Virus record (IMG/VR): IMGVR_UViG_3300018914_000069
Span: 1-58,466 of that record
Length of the DNA stretch: 58,466 nt
Strand: one strand, 5' to 3'
Source of the DNA: a virus
Taxonomy: Duplodnaviria; Caudoviricetes
A model generated the notes under the pieces. The model had not been told where the DNA came from. It made no database searches and worked only from the letters and a program-made list of their open reading frames with translations. Each line of letters begins with the position of its first letter. Within the stretch, counting starts at the first letter, position 1. The position numbers were made by a program, and so were the translations under genes. Of the stretch, positions 49,078 to 57,251 are shown in pieces.

Positions 49078-49437
49078 ATGGAGGATGATCCAATGGAAGC
49101 AGTAACTTGTTTCAAGTGTGAGGGATCAGAATATTTGCCGCAGTACAAACATAAAGACGATGGAATCTGCTATCCGTGTAAGGGGACAGGGGAACTTAAG
49201 CGGGCTACAATTGAAAAGGCAGGAATACTGTTTGAATACATGGTCGCAAATGAACGTTCGACAAAAAAGGATCTGATAGTGAAGATTATACAACTCGTGA
49301 ACGAGAATGACGAATTAGAACGGGAATCACAACATGCCAAAAGGGATTTTGATTTTGAGACTGCATACTATTTTGATACGCAGATTGCAGAGAATATGAC
49401 CAAGATACACAAGCTGCGGAAAGAAGCTGGAATATAG
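49078..49437 (+). CDS. Zn-ribbon protein (CxxCxG repeats)
   Basis: CFKCEGS and CYPCKGTG. Confidence 0.55.
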   Translation: MEDDPMEAVTCFKCEGSEYLPQYKHKDDGICYPCKGTGELKRATIEKAGILFEYMVANERSTKKDLIVKIIQLVNENDELERESQHAKRDFDFETAYYFDTQIAENMTKIHKLRKEAGI

Positions 49438-49578
49438 AAGGCCATTGAGATGGCCTTTTTCTTTTTGTCCATTAGACGAGAAAACTTAAAAATAACAACC
49501 AAAAATAACTTGTAAACCATATCGAAACATGGTACAATAAGGACAGTTAAGGAATACATATTTCAGGAGGCGTTACAA

Positions 49579-49704
49579 ATGTCCGAAACAAAACTAAAAT
49601 TAGCTGAAAAATTCCTGATTGAATTTATCCAGAAAGGTGATTTATCGTCAGAAGACGAGCAAGCTCTTTTCGAAGCAATACGGGTATTAAAGGAAAATAC
49701 ATAA
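49579..49704 (+). CDS. Small protein (41 aa, not in the ORF track) ending at the hammerhead
   Basis: TTGTAA-17-TACAAT promoter, AGGAGG RBS, MSETKLKLAEKF... Confidence 0.6.
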   Translation: MSETKLKLAEKFLIEFIQKGDLSSEDEQALFEAIRVLKENT

Positions 49705-49768
49705 GCCACCTGACGAGCTAGTGAGAGTCTAGCGAAACGCCTAGAAATAGGCGTAGTGGTAAGTATTT
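49695..49768 (+). ncRNA. Type I hammerhead ribozyme
   Basis: Stem I GCCAC/GUGGU (plus AAAUAC/GUAUUU), core CUGACGA 49710-49716, stem II GCUAG/CUAGC, GAAA 49734-49737, stem III CGCCUA/UAGGCG, cleavage triplet GUA (cut after 49755). Confidence 0.92.
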
Positions 49769-49790
49769 AATTACAAGGAGGTATATACAT

Positions 49791-52241
49791 ATGAAATACC
49801 AAACGGGAACAATTGTAAAAATGGAAGGCTGCCCAAAGAAAGTGGATTGCGGAGTATTTGAGATTGACCGCCTTTGGAATGAAAACGAATCCGCATTTGT
49901 CTATAAGCTTAAAAAAGATGGTACACGTTCTAAAAACGGGCTTAATATCTTTAAAATTTCCCATATGGATAAGTACGGAAAGATTATCAATAGGGAAGAA
50001 CTTGCAAATGCCATTTCTCAAGTAAACAAGACACTTAAAGAAACTAAAGAAAATCAAACTATCTATACATATGTAGAAACAGACCGAAAAAAGCTGCAAA
50101 AAGGCGATTACATCAAAGTAGTTAAGCCTATTCATACAACGTCCAGCATTTACGCAATCCCAGCAGGAGCCATTTACACTATTTCCGCTTGTGAAGGTCA
50201 AAACGCTACAAGATACGTTTTAAAGCGTATCGGTAAAAAAGGGCAAGTATTAAGCGGTAACTCTGGAGCATTTAATATTGTTAGTTTTTCCGCTCAAACT
50301 GTAGAAAAACTGATTGCGGAAGGATATATCATCATTGTTGAGCAAGTACAGCAGATTAGAAAAGAAATGAGCCAACAACAAGAAGAACAACCAACAGCCG
50401 AACAGGTAACAGAACAAGCAGATAACCAAGCAGAAGCGCAAGAGGAGCCGACAAGCAACGAAACGAACACAGCAGAGCCAGTGAAAAAGCATCATGTCCA
50501 ATCTGTACAGGTGACACGTTTAGAGGGCTACAAATGGGATTGTAAGACGCTAACAGTCTCCACAATTGCAGAAGCTAACAAAGTCATTCAGGAAATGGCG
50601 TGGGCTGCGCCTTCTGATGGTTCGTATGACAAAACGCAATTTGTAATAACCTTTACAGATGAGAACACATATACAGGTAGAATTGACTTGCAATACAAAC
50701 ATACTAGCGGCTATGACTTAGAAAAGCATGTAATGAGACACATTAACTACATGATGGAACAGGGAACAGATGAACAAAAGGAACATGGCAGAGATTTCCT
50801 CAATAGGTATGTGCTTAGTGAGGAGCCTGTCAAAATTGAAGAAGTGAGAACAAAACCGCCTGCGCAAGCACAAGTAGAACAAGAACAGCAAGTCGAAATA
50901 ACAGGCACAACAGATGACAACGAGCTTCTTGTTCTGACTAATGAACAGTCCGCAGAGTTGGAAAAACGTTTCACAAACAACAAGGCAACCAAACAGGAAG
51001 AGGAACTATTAACCAAGTACCATTTGCAATTACAGGAACAGGCTATGAAATACAAGGCAACATTACCAAGCAACTATGAAGAATTGATTAATGATGAAAA
51101 CGTGTATAAAGTTCTTTCTTGCTTCCCTTCTGATGGTGGATCGGCTGGAGTGTATGAGATTGAAATAACAGGCAAGCAGTTAAAAGATGACTTATGGACT
51201 GGGGTATTTATTCTAAATATCATTACACCATTAGAAGAACAGCACGACACGACAGAAGAGTTTGAGGAGATTAGCAGCGAAGAGCAGACACAAGGAGAAC
51301 AAAGCGACACAGACAACGGAATAGCAGTTACAATTAATCAGGAATTACAGGGTATCGAAATTGCTTTTACTGAAAAGCCATTGCAAGAAGTCATCGTACA
51401 ACTAAAAACAAACGGTTTCCGCTGGTCTAAGTTTAAAAAAGTTTGGTATGCTAAACAAACAGGAAAAACACTTGCATTTGTTCAATGTTTGACAGGAGAA
51501 AAGGCGAACGACATCCATACAGAACAGGTAAAAACAGAGCAGCCTTATTCATATCCTGAAATTAATATTGATGATCTAGACCAATACACGGTTTCTGAAC
51601 AATTGCAAAGCCGCCTTAATTCTTCTTCCCTGTTTAATGTTGATTATCAGAAAGATTGTGAATTGACATTCCGAAACATTCAAAGCGAAGCTTTAGAAGT
51701 TCTTTCGCTAACAGATGATCCGCGTTTGACATATTACATAAAAAAATATGTACAATCATTTAAGCGGCGATATTATGAACAATACTTGAAAATACTTAAT
51801 CATAAAGCGTCTAACCCATCTTGGGCAGTTACTGGACGTGGTGGGATAAACGTAAGACGTTATAACAAAATGCAGGATAGATATGACAAATATCTTGGGG
51901 AATCAGTGAAACTGTCCGAAGAGTTTAAACGGAAGATGCAAGAATTCAAAAGGCAAATACGAGACGAAAAGCAGCGACAATGGCGCGAAAAAATGAATAT
52001 CAATCTAAGTGGAACAGAACTAAAAGAAATGTTTACAGTAGAGAAGAAACCTGTCACAGTGGCAGGATATACGGAAACAGTTAGGACATACAACTATAAC
52101 GGGTACACGATTGCAAAAACGTGGGGGATGTGGCGCATTTTTAAGAACGGAAAAGAGATTGATACAACACTCAAAACAACAGACACCCTAGACACGGCAA
52201 AAAGATATGTATTGATGCTCTGTGAGCAAGAATCTGCTTAA
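49791..52241 (+). CDS. Large polyvalent-type early protein (LPD25-like and DUF3560-associated-like domains)
   Basis: GSYDKTQFVITF...YTGRIDL; IEIAFTEKP...LKTNGFRWS....WY; PSWAVTGRGG; E/Q-rich linkers. Confidence 0.6.
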   Translation: MKYQTGTIVKMEGCPKKVDCGVFEIDRLWNENESAFVYKLKKDGTRSKNGLNIFKISHMDKYGKIINREELANAISQVNKTLKETKENQTIYTYVETDRKKLQKGDYIKVVKPIHTTSSIYAIPAGAIYTISACEGQNATRYVLKRIGKKGQVLSGNSGAFNIVSFSAQTVEKLIAEGYIIIVEQVQQIRKEMSQQQEEQPTAEQVTEQADNQAEAQEEPTSNETNTAEPVKKHHVQSVQVTRLEGYKWDCKTLTVSTIAEANKVIQEMAWAAPSDGSYDKTQFVITFTDENTYTGRIDLQYKHTSGYDLEKHVMRHINYMMEQGTDEQKEHGRDFLNRYVLSEEPVKIEEVRTKPPAQAQVEQEQQVEITGTTDDNELLVLTNEQSAELEKRFTNNKATKQEEELLTKYHLQLQEQAMKYKATLPSNYEELINDENVYKVLSCFPSDGGSAGVYEIEITGKQLKDDLWTGVFILNIITPLEEQHDTTEEFEEISSEEQTQGEQSDTDNGIAVTINQELQGIEIAFTEKPLQEVIVQLKTNGFRWSKFKKVWYAKQTGKTLAFVQCLTGEKANDIHTEQVKTEQPYSYPEINIDDLDQYTVSEQLQSRLNSSSLFNVDYQKDCELTFRNIQSEALEVLSLTDDPRLTYYIKKYVQSFKRRYYEQYLKILNHKASNPSWAVTGRGGINVRRYNKMQDRYDKYLGESVKLSEEFKRKMQEFKRQIRDEKQRQWREKMNINLSGTELKEMFTVEKKPVTVAGYTETVRTYNYNGYTIAKTWGMWRIFKNGKEIDTTLKTTDTLDTAKRYVLMLCEQESA

Positions 52242-52325
52242 CAACTAAAAATAATCATCCTGCCTTATCTTATAACGGGATAGGGCAGGATGACCCAAAT
52301 AACAGCATAACAGGGAGGGTTTCAA

Positions 52326-52478
52326 ATGACAGGAACAGCACACCGCATAGGAATTTTAGGTAAAGATCAATGGTCATATAATGGCAAGACAGGGGACGGC
52401 ATGGAAATTTATGAACACAAGGAACGAGGGTGGATCAACCTTTACAACCCAAAAACAGGAGAAATGATTGAAGACTGA
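52326..52478 (+). CDS. Small hypothetical protein (50 aa)
   Basis: GGGAGGG RBS; MTGTAHRIGIL... Confidence 0.5.
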   Translation: MTGTAHRIGILGKDQWSYNGKTGDGMEIYEHKERGWINLYNPKTGEMIED

Positions 52479-52613
52479 ATAACAGCAGCATAACAGAGGA
52501 GGTAATAAACATGCTAACGAAACGACAACAGGCAATCTTAGACATGCTTATTGCAATCTCAAAACAGGATAAACCCGTTAATACTAACCAAAGTAGAAAA
52601 GGAGCATAAACTC

Positions 52614-52913
52614 ATGAAAACAGTTTGTAAATATATCGTTTCATTGCTCATTGTGTGTGCTATCACTTTTTCAACGTCCAGCACGTTTGCATGTGGTGAC
52701 TATGCAGTATTCGTCTACAAGGTGACAAAGGTACAAAACGGGCAATACTGGGGAACTGGTGTTTACGATAACAGCAAAGTATATTTCATTCAGGATAATG
52801 TGATAACAGCCACTAAATTCAAAGTTGGTGATTTTGTGGTAGCTTACTTTGATCCTGATAACATAACAGATGGTCTTGTGGGTGTTGAAAAAGCGATTCC
52901 TGTAGGGAACTAA
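52614..52913 (+). CDS. Secreted/membrane small beta-barrel protein
   Basis: AAGGAG RBS before ATG at 52614; signal-peptide-like N-terminus. Confidence 0.5.
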   Translation: MKTVCKYIVSLLIVCAITFSTSSTFACGDYAVFVYKVTKVQNGQYWGTGVYDNSKVYFIQDNVITATKFKVGDFVVAYFDPDNITDGLVGVEKAIPVGN

Positions 52914-53194
52914 TAACAGAAGGTCGACAACAGAAAGGAGGAATAACAGATGCATGATGAGCGTTTTGATGAGACAATGGGACTGATAACAGCCGTAGTA
53001 GGTGGGATTCTGATTGTGTTGATTGTGTTAGCAGCAAACGCAATGGGAATTACATTGGATTAATAAATAAAAAATAGTTGTAAAGCGTATTGTGTTGGTA
53101 TATAATGGAATTAAGAACAGGATAACAGAACAGATACATAGCAACGATTTAAGATAGAAAAGAAACTAAATAACTTTATACGGGGGTACTTATA

Positions 53195-53497
53195 ATGACA
53201 GGATCAATGAACACTCGCAAGCAAGTTTCTACAGCTCGTAAAAAATCAATCAATGATTTAAAGAGCGGAAAATGGAAAAGGGAGTTTGATGAAGCGGTTT
53301 TGAAGTATCATGCAGAGAATGATCCTGAGATTAAAGAAAGTATTAAGTCCGCATTAGGATTCATGTCAACCACTTTTGGGATTAACAACTTTCCAGAATT
53401 AAAACAATATGCAAAAGAAAAGCTTGCTGAAATTGATAATAATGCAATTGAAAAGTTAACGCCTGCGGAGTTTGTAAAGCGCTGGAAAAATAAATGA
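53195..53497 (+). CDS. Hypothetical protein
   Basis: TTGTAA...TATAAT promoter; stop codon overlaps the junction motif. Confidence 0.55.
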   Translation: MTGSMNTRKQVSTARKKSINDLKSGKWKREFDEAVLKYHAENDPEIKESIKSALGFMSTTFGINNFPELKQYAKEKLAEIDNNAIEKLTPAEFVKRWKNK

Positions 53498-53532
53498 AAC
53501 TATATTTTTATGGGGAAAGGGTTGATTGATAA

Positions 53533-53787
53533 ATGGGTTATAATTACGATGAACAAATCCGAAAACAAGATGAGTTTTTAACGACGGTATTTAGAAACAT
53601 GACTGATATTCAGATGAAACAAATAAGTAAAGGCGTTAACAAACTGGTTGAAAAAGGCATTCTTAATAAAGAAGACTATGAAGATATTCATTCAGTGATT
53701 GTATGGAAGTCAATTAAAGGTTTTTACAATCTGGAGACACAACCAAGAGAAGAGTTATGGAAGCTTTTGAACGAAATTTGCAAATAA
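53533..53787 (+). CDS. Hypothetical protein
   Basis: RBS present; flanked by junction motifs. Confidence 0.55.
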   Translation: MGYNYDEQIRKQDEFLTTVFRNMTDIQMKQISKGVNKLVEKGILNKEDYEDIHSVIVWKSIKGFYNLETQPREELWKLLNEICK

Positions 53788-53817
53788 AATGATCCTTTTA
53801 ACGGGAGATGAAGTGTA

Positions 53818-53994
53818 ATGGAAAAAGTAACAACTGCAGAATATAGGAAAATTACAGCCGCATTTTGGAATCAGGTTGCTACTATGAGAGATAACGGAGT
53901 ATCAGATCAAGAAATCGAGAAATATAAATGGGAAATGTTTAAGAAGCTTGAAACAGAATATGAGGTTGTAGATCAGCAGGACACAAAATTCTAA
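53818..53994 (+). CDS. Hypothetical protein (58 aa, not in the ORF track)
   Basis: GGGAG RBS; MEKVTTAEYRK...; flanked by junction motifs. Confidence 0.55.
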   Translation: MEKVTTAEYRKITAAFWNQVATMRDNGVSDQEIEKYKWEMFKKLETEYEVVDQQDTKF

Positions 53995-54032
53995 TACAAT
54001 TGAGATTTTATTATAAATCTGGAGTGATAATC

Positions 54033-54209
54033 ATGAATAATATCATTTTAGAAACACCTCTCAAGGTAACTAATACAAAACATGGACGGTTGATTATGCT
54101 TCCACCAGTAAGAGAGGCTACTGAACAAGATAGAGTAAATTTACATCGACTTATAGCAAGATTACTATTTGAAGATTATCAAATGTTAATAGGAAATGGA
54201 AAGGTATAG
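54033..54209 (+). CDS. Hypothetical protein
   Basis: GGAGTGA RBS before ATG at 54033. Confidence 0.5.
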   Translation: MNNIILETPLKVTNTKHGRLIMLPPVREATEQDRVNLHRLIARLLFEDYQMLIGNGKV

Positions 54210-54226
54210 TTGAAAGAAGGGATATT

Positions 54227-54760
54227 ATGGAGAATGTTATTGCTCTATATAAAGAAGGGAAATCCCTACAATATATTTCAGAATTAAAAGGCGTATCTTT
54301 AGGGAAGGTGCAAAAAATAATAAAAAACCATGAAGATAAAGGCTTTCAACTATATAGGAAGAGCAGAAAGCAAGGGGAAAGTTACGAAGAGTTCCAAAGA
54401 AGATTTGAACAAGAAGAGCATGAAAAGTTAGTTATTGAGTTGTTTAATCATTATTCTACTAATGAAATTGCAGAAATGCTTAATCAGAGTCAATGGAATA
54501 TTTGGCAGATTGTACATAAACATACTTTTGATACTAAGAATATTGATAAATATATGAAATTACACTGTGAAACTGAGACAGATGAATTCAAATTAAAAGA
54601 AAGGAAATTGTTTTTTGAAACCTATTTGCTAGATGTATCAATGAAAGCTAATGGTATAGAGGATGATGTTGCATATAGGAATGCTTTCTTGTATTATCAA
54701 ACCAATATCGGCATACTCGCTAAAGAATGTAAAAGGGATATACTTCCTACTTTTAAATAA
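54227..54760 (+). CDS. HTH-domain protein
   Basis: LYKEGKSLQYISELKGVSLGKV and STNEIAEMLNQS HTH-like segments. Confidence 0.6.
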   Translation: MENVIALYKEGKSLQYISELKGVSLGKVQKIIKNHEDKGFQLYRKSRKQGESYEEFQRRFEQEEHEKLVIELFNHYSTNEIAEMLNQSQWNIWQIVHKHTFDTKNIDKYMKLHCETETDEFKLKERKLFFETYLLDVSMKANGIEDDVAYRNAFLYYQTNIGILAKECKRDILPTFK

Positions 54761-54791
54761 AAGTAAAATTTAATTGAAGGTGGTATAATAG

Positions 54792-55028
54792 ATGACAAAA
54801 CACGAACTTGCCAAGAAGATTCATGATATGCAACGGGGTGAGACGTTTGATTTCGAATTTGTCAATAAATATGGAGACTTGATTTATGCAGCAGCTACGC
54901 ACTTTAGATTCCATGACTTGGAAAGGGTTCTTGTCTCAGCCTATGGAAGAAACGAATATGATCTGTTAATTACTGAATTTGATAACGTAAAGGATATTGA
55001 GGAGAAACTGGATTTTATCGTAAGTTAA
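54792..55028 (+). CDS. Hypothetical protein
   Basis: ORF with RBS; converges on the 55041-55061 hairpin. Confidence 0.5.
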   Translation: MTKHELAKKIHDMQRGETFDFEFVNKYGDLIYAAATHFRFHDLERVLVSAYGRNEYDLLITEFDNVKDIEEKLDFIVS

Positions 55029-55060
55029 ATAATAAGTAAAACCTCCCAGCACAGGGGAGG

Positions 55061-55336
55061 TCACACTTTAGCAGTTTTATCTCTATAACTCATGATTCCT
55101 AGATAAGCAATTTCTAATTTACCATCTAAGTAATTCGTTGGATTGTAGGCTACAATTTCCCCATGCTCAATCTCCTGTAACCTTAAATCAACGAGAAAAC
55201 CAGCAACTCTAGCCAAGTGATCTACAACGTCCAGTAATTCATGTGATTGATAAGTTCCGTAGGTAGTAGCTGCTACTTGAAGTTCACTCAACTTCTTGTG
55301 TAAGCCTTTGAGATAATCATAATCTAATTGCTTCAT
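55061..55336 (-). CDS. Hypothetical protein (lone minus-strand gene)
   Basis: AAGGGA RBS; shares a bidirectional hairpin with the previous gene. Confidence 0.5.
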   Translation of the reverse strand: MKQLDYDYLKGLHKKLSELQVAATTYGTYQSHELLDVVDHLARVAGFLVDLRLQEIEHGEIVAYNPTNYLDGKLEIAYLGIMSYRDKTAKV

Positions 55337-55413
55337 GTGGCTTCATTCCCTTCGGTTTATTGAACACGTTATAACAGAGTATGTATAGTAAATTAAGACT
55401 AGAACAGTTTTTT

Positions 55414-55487
55414 GGATCTGTAGCTCAAAGGATGAGCAGGCGGCTCATAACCGCTAGGTCTTGGTTCGATTCCAAGCAGATCCACCA
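55414..55487 (+). tRNA. tRNA with CAT anticodon, most like tRNA-Ile2 (lysidine type, reads AUA)
   Basis: Acceptor GGATCTG/CAGATCC, anticodon arm GGCGG-CTCATAA-CCGCT, T-loop TTCGATT, encoded CCA. Confidence 0.9.
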
Positions 55488-55488
55488 T

Positions 55489-55564
55489 GCGCCTGTAGCT
55501 CAGCGGATAGAGCAATCGCCTTCTAAGCGATGTGTCAGGGGTTCAAATCCCTTCAGGCGCACCA
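55489..55564 (+). tRNA. tRNA-Arg(TCT)
   Basis: Acceptor GCGCCTG/CAGGCGC, anticodon loop CTTCTAA, T-loop TTCAAAT, encoded CCA. Confidence 0.95.
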
Positions 55565-55583
55565 TACATATTAAAATTAGGAT

Positions 55584-55769
55584 GTGATAACAGTGGACAT
55601 TGTTCCTGATGGGGTCGGTAGCTGCTTGTATCATGGAATATCAAAGAAAATAGAGTGGATTAACAACTGCATGGATTGGCATAGGGAAGACTCAAAAACA
55701 AATCCAAAATTGCTTAACCGAGATCTGAAAGACATTGAAGAAGCGATTGGGTTTAAAACTATCATGTAA
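55584..55769 (+). CDS. Hypothetical protein
   Basis: ORF after the tRNAs; start uncertain. Confidence 0.35.
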   Translation: MITVDIVPDGVGSCLYHGISKKIEWINNCMDWHREDSKTNPKLLNRDLKDIEEAIGFKTIM

Positions 55770-55785
55770 CAAGAGGTGACACATC

Positions 55786-56199
55786 ATGTCTCATGAAATT
55801 GGCTCTTCTCTATGGTATAGAGAGCAAGTTGACAATATGGAGAAGATGGAGTTTGAAAAAGAAGTCGCCTATAGACATGAATTACTCGAAACATGTAACA
55901 ACAGGATTAAATTTAAACTTTCCGAAGGTATGATAGTAAGAATCCAAGCGTTCAAAGATTGGTATGACATAAAGGGAAGAAAATACAAGGGAGTTATTGA
56001 ACGCATAGATCATTGGACAGGGCTTCCACATCATTGGTTTGTTGAATTGAGACAAGGAAATAGGTTACTGAATTTCAGTGCAATATCAATTGGAGAAATT
56101 GAGATCTTGGCAGAAAAACAGGAGCCGCGTCGGGAGGATGATATGATTCTTCACAGCAAGTTCATTTATGATAAAGATAATCACAAATTTTATCATTGA
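55786..56199 (+). CDS. Hypothetical protein
   Basis: GAGGTGA RBS. Confidence 0.55.
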   Translation: MSHEIGSSLWYREQVDNMEKMEFEKEVAYRHELLETCNNRIKFKLSEGMIVRIQAFKDWYDIKGRKYKGVIERIDHWTGLPHHWFVELRQGNRLLNFSAISIGEIEILAEKQEPRREDDMILHSKFIYDKDNHKFYH

Positions 56200-56212
56200 G
56201 GAGTGACAATTG

Positions 56213-56377
56213 ATGGATGTTGCTTTTATAGCAGGCATTATGATGAATACTGAACGAAAAGTAAAACAAGGATGGACGTTCACATGGAAATGTGGCGTCT
56301 TAAATGCTACGCATGATCAATTAGGTGAGGTTAAGCTGGAGACAGATGAGCAAATTAGAAAATGGTTAATTCAATAA
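56213..56377 (+). CDS. Hypothetical protein (54 aa, not in the ORF track)
   Basis: AGGAG RBS; stop overlaps the junction motif. Confidence 0.5.
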   Translation: MDVAFIAGIMMNTERKVKQGWTFTWKCGVLNATHDQLGEVKLETDEQIRKWLIQ

Positions 56378-56410
56378 ATGCATAGATTTATCGAGAAAGG
56401 ATGAAAAGTC

Positions 56411-56593
56411 ATGATTATTTATTTGGTATATGATCGAAAATGGGAAGACAAAGATATTCTATATGTCGGTACTGAGGAGTCCATAGCTACAGTTATTTTC
56501 CAAAATGGAGATCATAACAGATTCATTGAATCATGGACTAATGGACAACGGATTAGTTGGACTCAGGGTGACTACAAGAGTAAAATTGTATAA
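56411..56593 (+). CDS. Hypothetical protein
   Basis: AAAGGA RBS; flanked by junction motifs. Confidence 0.55.
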   Translation: MIIYLVYDRKWEDKDILYVGTEESIATVIFQNGDHNRFIESWTNGQRISWTQGDYKSKIV

Positions 56594-56634
56594 CTGAATT
56601 AAAGTCTGAATTTATGGGGAGAGACAGAGTTTAT

Positions 56635-56787
56635 ATGTATTTTTTTAAATTTTCTGATGGCAAAAAGCTATACATTGAAGCTGACAATGTACTTGAAGCA
56701 ATGAAAAGTGTTGAGGAAAAGTGGTATAAAGGTATATTTGATAAATGTGATTTTGAAGTAATGCATGTTACTGGAGCATCATACTAA
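56635..56787 (+). CDS. Hypothetical protein (50 aa, not in the ORF track)
   Basis: GGGGAG RBS; flanked by junction motifs. Confidence 0.45.
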   Translation: MYFFKFSDGKKLYIEADNVLEAMKSVEEKWYKGIFDKCDFEVMHVTGASY

Positions 56788-56877
56788 ACCAAATAAAAGA
56801 GACATTTCATGAGAGACTTTGCAGCATAAAGCAAAGTCTTTTTGCTTGAATAGCACAATAACCCATGACATAATATA

Positions 56878-56891
56878 AGAACAAATGTTCT
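56878..56891. promoter_or_regulatory. LexA box overlapping the yolD transcription start
   Basis: AGAACAAATGTTCT just after TTGAAT-17-CATAAT. Confidence 0.75.
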
Positions 56892-56909
56892 TATATAGGG
56901 GTGTTAATA

Positions 56910-57251
56910 ATGCAGAGAAAATTAAACGACTTATTTGGTAGCATGCGAATGATTTTACCTGAACACAAAGCTGCCATACTGGATCACAATTCTGAGCGCG
57001 GTTTGGTTGAGAAGCCTTACATAGACGAAGATGAGATAGGTGAGATGTGCTTTCGGATCTATGATAGTACTCAATATGACTACGCAATAGACATAAAATG
57101 GTTTAAGCCTGTGAAGGGTGAGTTAGGGATAATTGAGTCTACTTGGGGTACTGTTCGTGAAATAGATGTTAACCGCAAAAGATTCAAAGTCACAAATGAC
57201 TGGGATTCCCAATGGATAAATATAGATCATTTGGTATCCGTAACGAAGTAA
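56910..57251 (+). CDS. yolD: YolD-like protein (SOS-regulated)
   Basis: SMRMILPEHKAA...KP.IDEDE motif; LexA box upstream. Confidence 0.85.
   Translation: MQRKLNDLFGSMRMILPEHKAAILDHNSERGLVEKPYIDEDEIGEMCFRIYDSTQYDYAIDIKWFKPVKGELGIIESTWGTVREIDVNRKRFKVTNDWDSQWINIDHLVSVTK

Larger units (their letters stand above)
52299..53128 (+). repeat. ATAACAG repeat cluster 2
   Basis: 11 exact copies at 52299, 52307, 52479, 52490, 52768, 52803, 52863, 52913, 52943, 52986 and 53122. Confidence 0.8.

Noticed and set aside
45159-53128. CRISPR array or satellite explanation for the ATAACAG repeats
   Set aside because: The repeat is only 7-14 bp, spacing is irregular and there are no cas genes.
55381-55587. 68-aa ORF in the ORF track
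   Set aside because: It overlaps two well-formed tRNA genes and is spurious.
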